DNA of 64,000 nucleotides from Eledone cirrhosa. Its lineage: Eukaryota. The notes under the pieces were generated by a model, which saw nothing but the letters and a program-made list of their open reading frames with translations, had not been told where the DNA came from and ran no database searches. Position 1 is the first letter of the stretch. Each line of letters opens with the position of its first letter. Of this stretch, positions 63,374 through 64,000 are shown in pieces. A program made the position numbers and the translations under genes. Location: assembly GCA_964016885.1 (NCBI GenBank), contig OZ024744.1, positions 125,860,001 to 125,924,000 on the forward strand, written 5' to 3'.

Positions 63374-64000
63374 AGGAAGCTCCAACCGTTAAGGTTGTCT
63401 TTCCATTTATTAATATATTGTGTATTTACTCCACTAAACTGTTGAGTGCTTTATATCAGTTATAAAAAAATTTCAGCTTGTTGAATCCCAAAATAGTTGT
63501 TGAAACAGCCACAGCTCAGCCGTCGGGGTCCTGAATATTTATCATATATATATACGTATGAGTGTGTGTGTTTTGAGAATTAATAATTATATAAACAAGT
63601 TTGTAATGAACAATTTATTTCTTATCAAAACTGTATAAACATGATATTATTTACAGTAAGAATAACAATAATAATGATGGTTTCTATTAAAGGTGGAAGG
63701 CCAGTAATTTGGGGGAGGGGAAAGTTGATTAAATCGAAGAGAGAAAGAAAGAAAAAACAGAACGGGAAGGAGAGGGGATGGCAAGAGGTCCGGTGTCGCA
63801 GGAGAGAGGGGAGGGTGGTTGAGCTTTGAGTCTAGGGCAAGAGGGCAGAAATGCTGCGCCCCACGGATAAGACGGCAAAAATATTCTCGCGGACGATGGC
63901 CAGAGATACCCAATGCAACAACCACCCAACCTCGCGGTGTTCCCTCCTCAGATGGGCTGCTGACTCTCCGATCTTTTGGAGGAGCTCGGCAGTACAAGGT

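Overview
Repeat-rich eukaryotic DNA, most likely an octopod cephalopod, judged from recalled SINE/MITE/RTE families and TTAGGG-type repeats (inference, no search run). No host protein-coding gene is evident. The window is about 1.5 copies of a large tandem unit: position 1 recurs at 42027, and 42027-64000 matches 1-30042 with structural differences. The unit contains a ~5.7 kb foldback array of ~196-bp monomers ending in a Helitron 3' terminus, a 3.7-4.1 kb block of decayed RTE LINEs and MITEs (three copies in unit 1, one in unit 2), a 5'-truncated CR1-type LINE with an intact 921-aa EN+RT ORF2, and R4/Dong-like and CRE-like endonuclease fragments. The most unusual part, seen only in the complete unit 1, is a collapsed rDNA-like cassette at 34857-41540. 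It runs: telomere-like repeats, 169/172-bp spacer repeats, ETS-like DNA, the first ~187 nt of 18S, a 4.4 kb hierarchical tandem array of shuffled short 18S and 28S motifs, and a 28S 3' end. Most short ORFs in the track are repeat artefacts.
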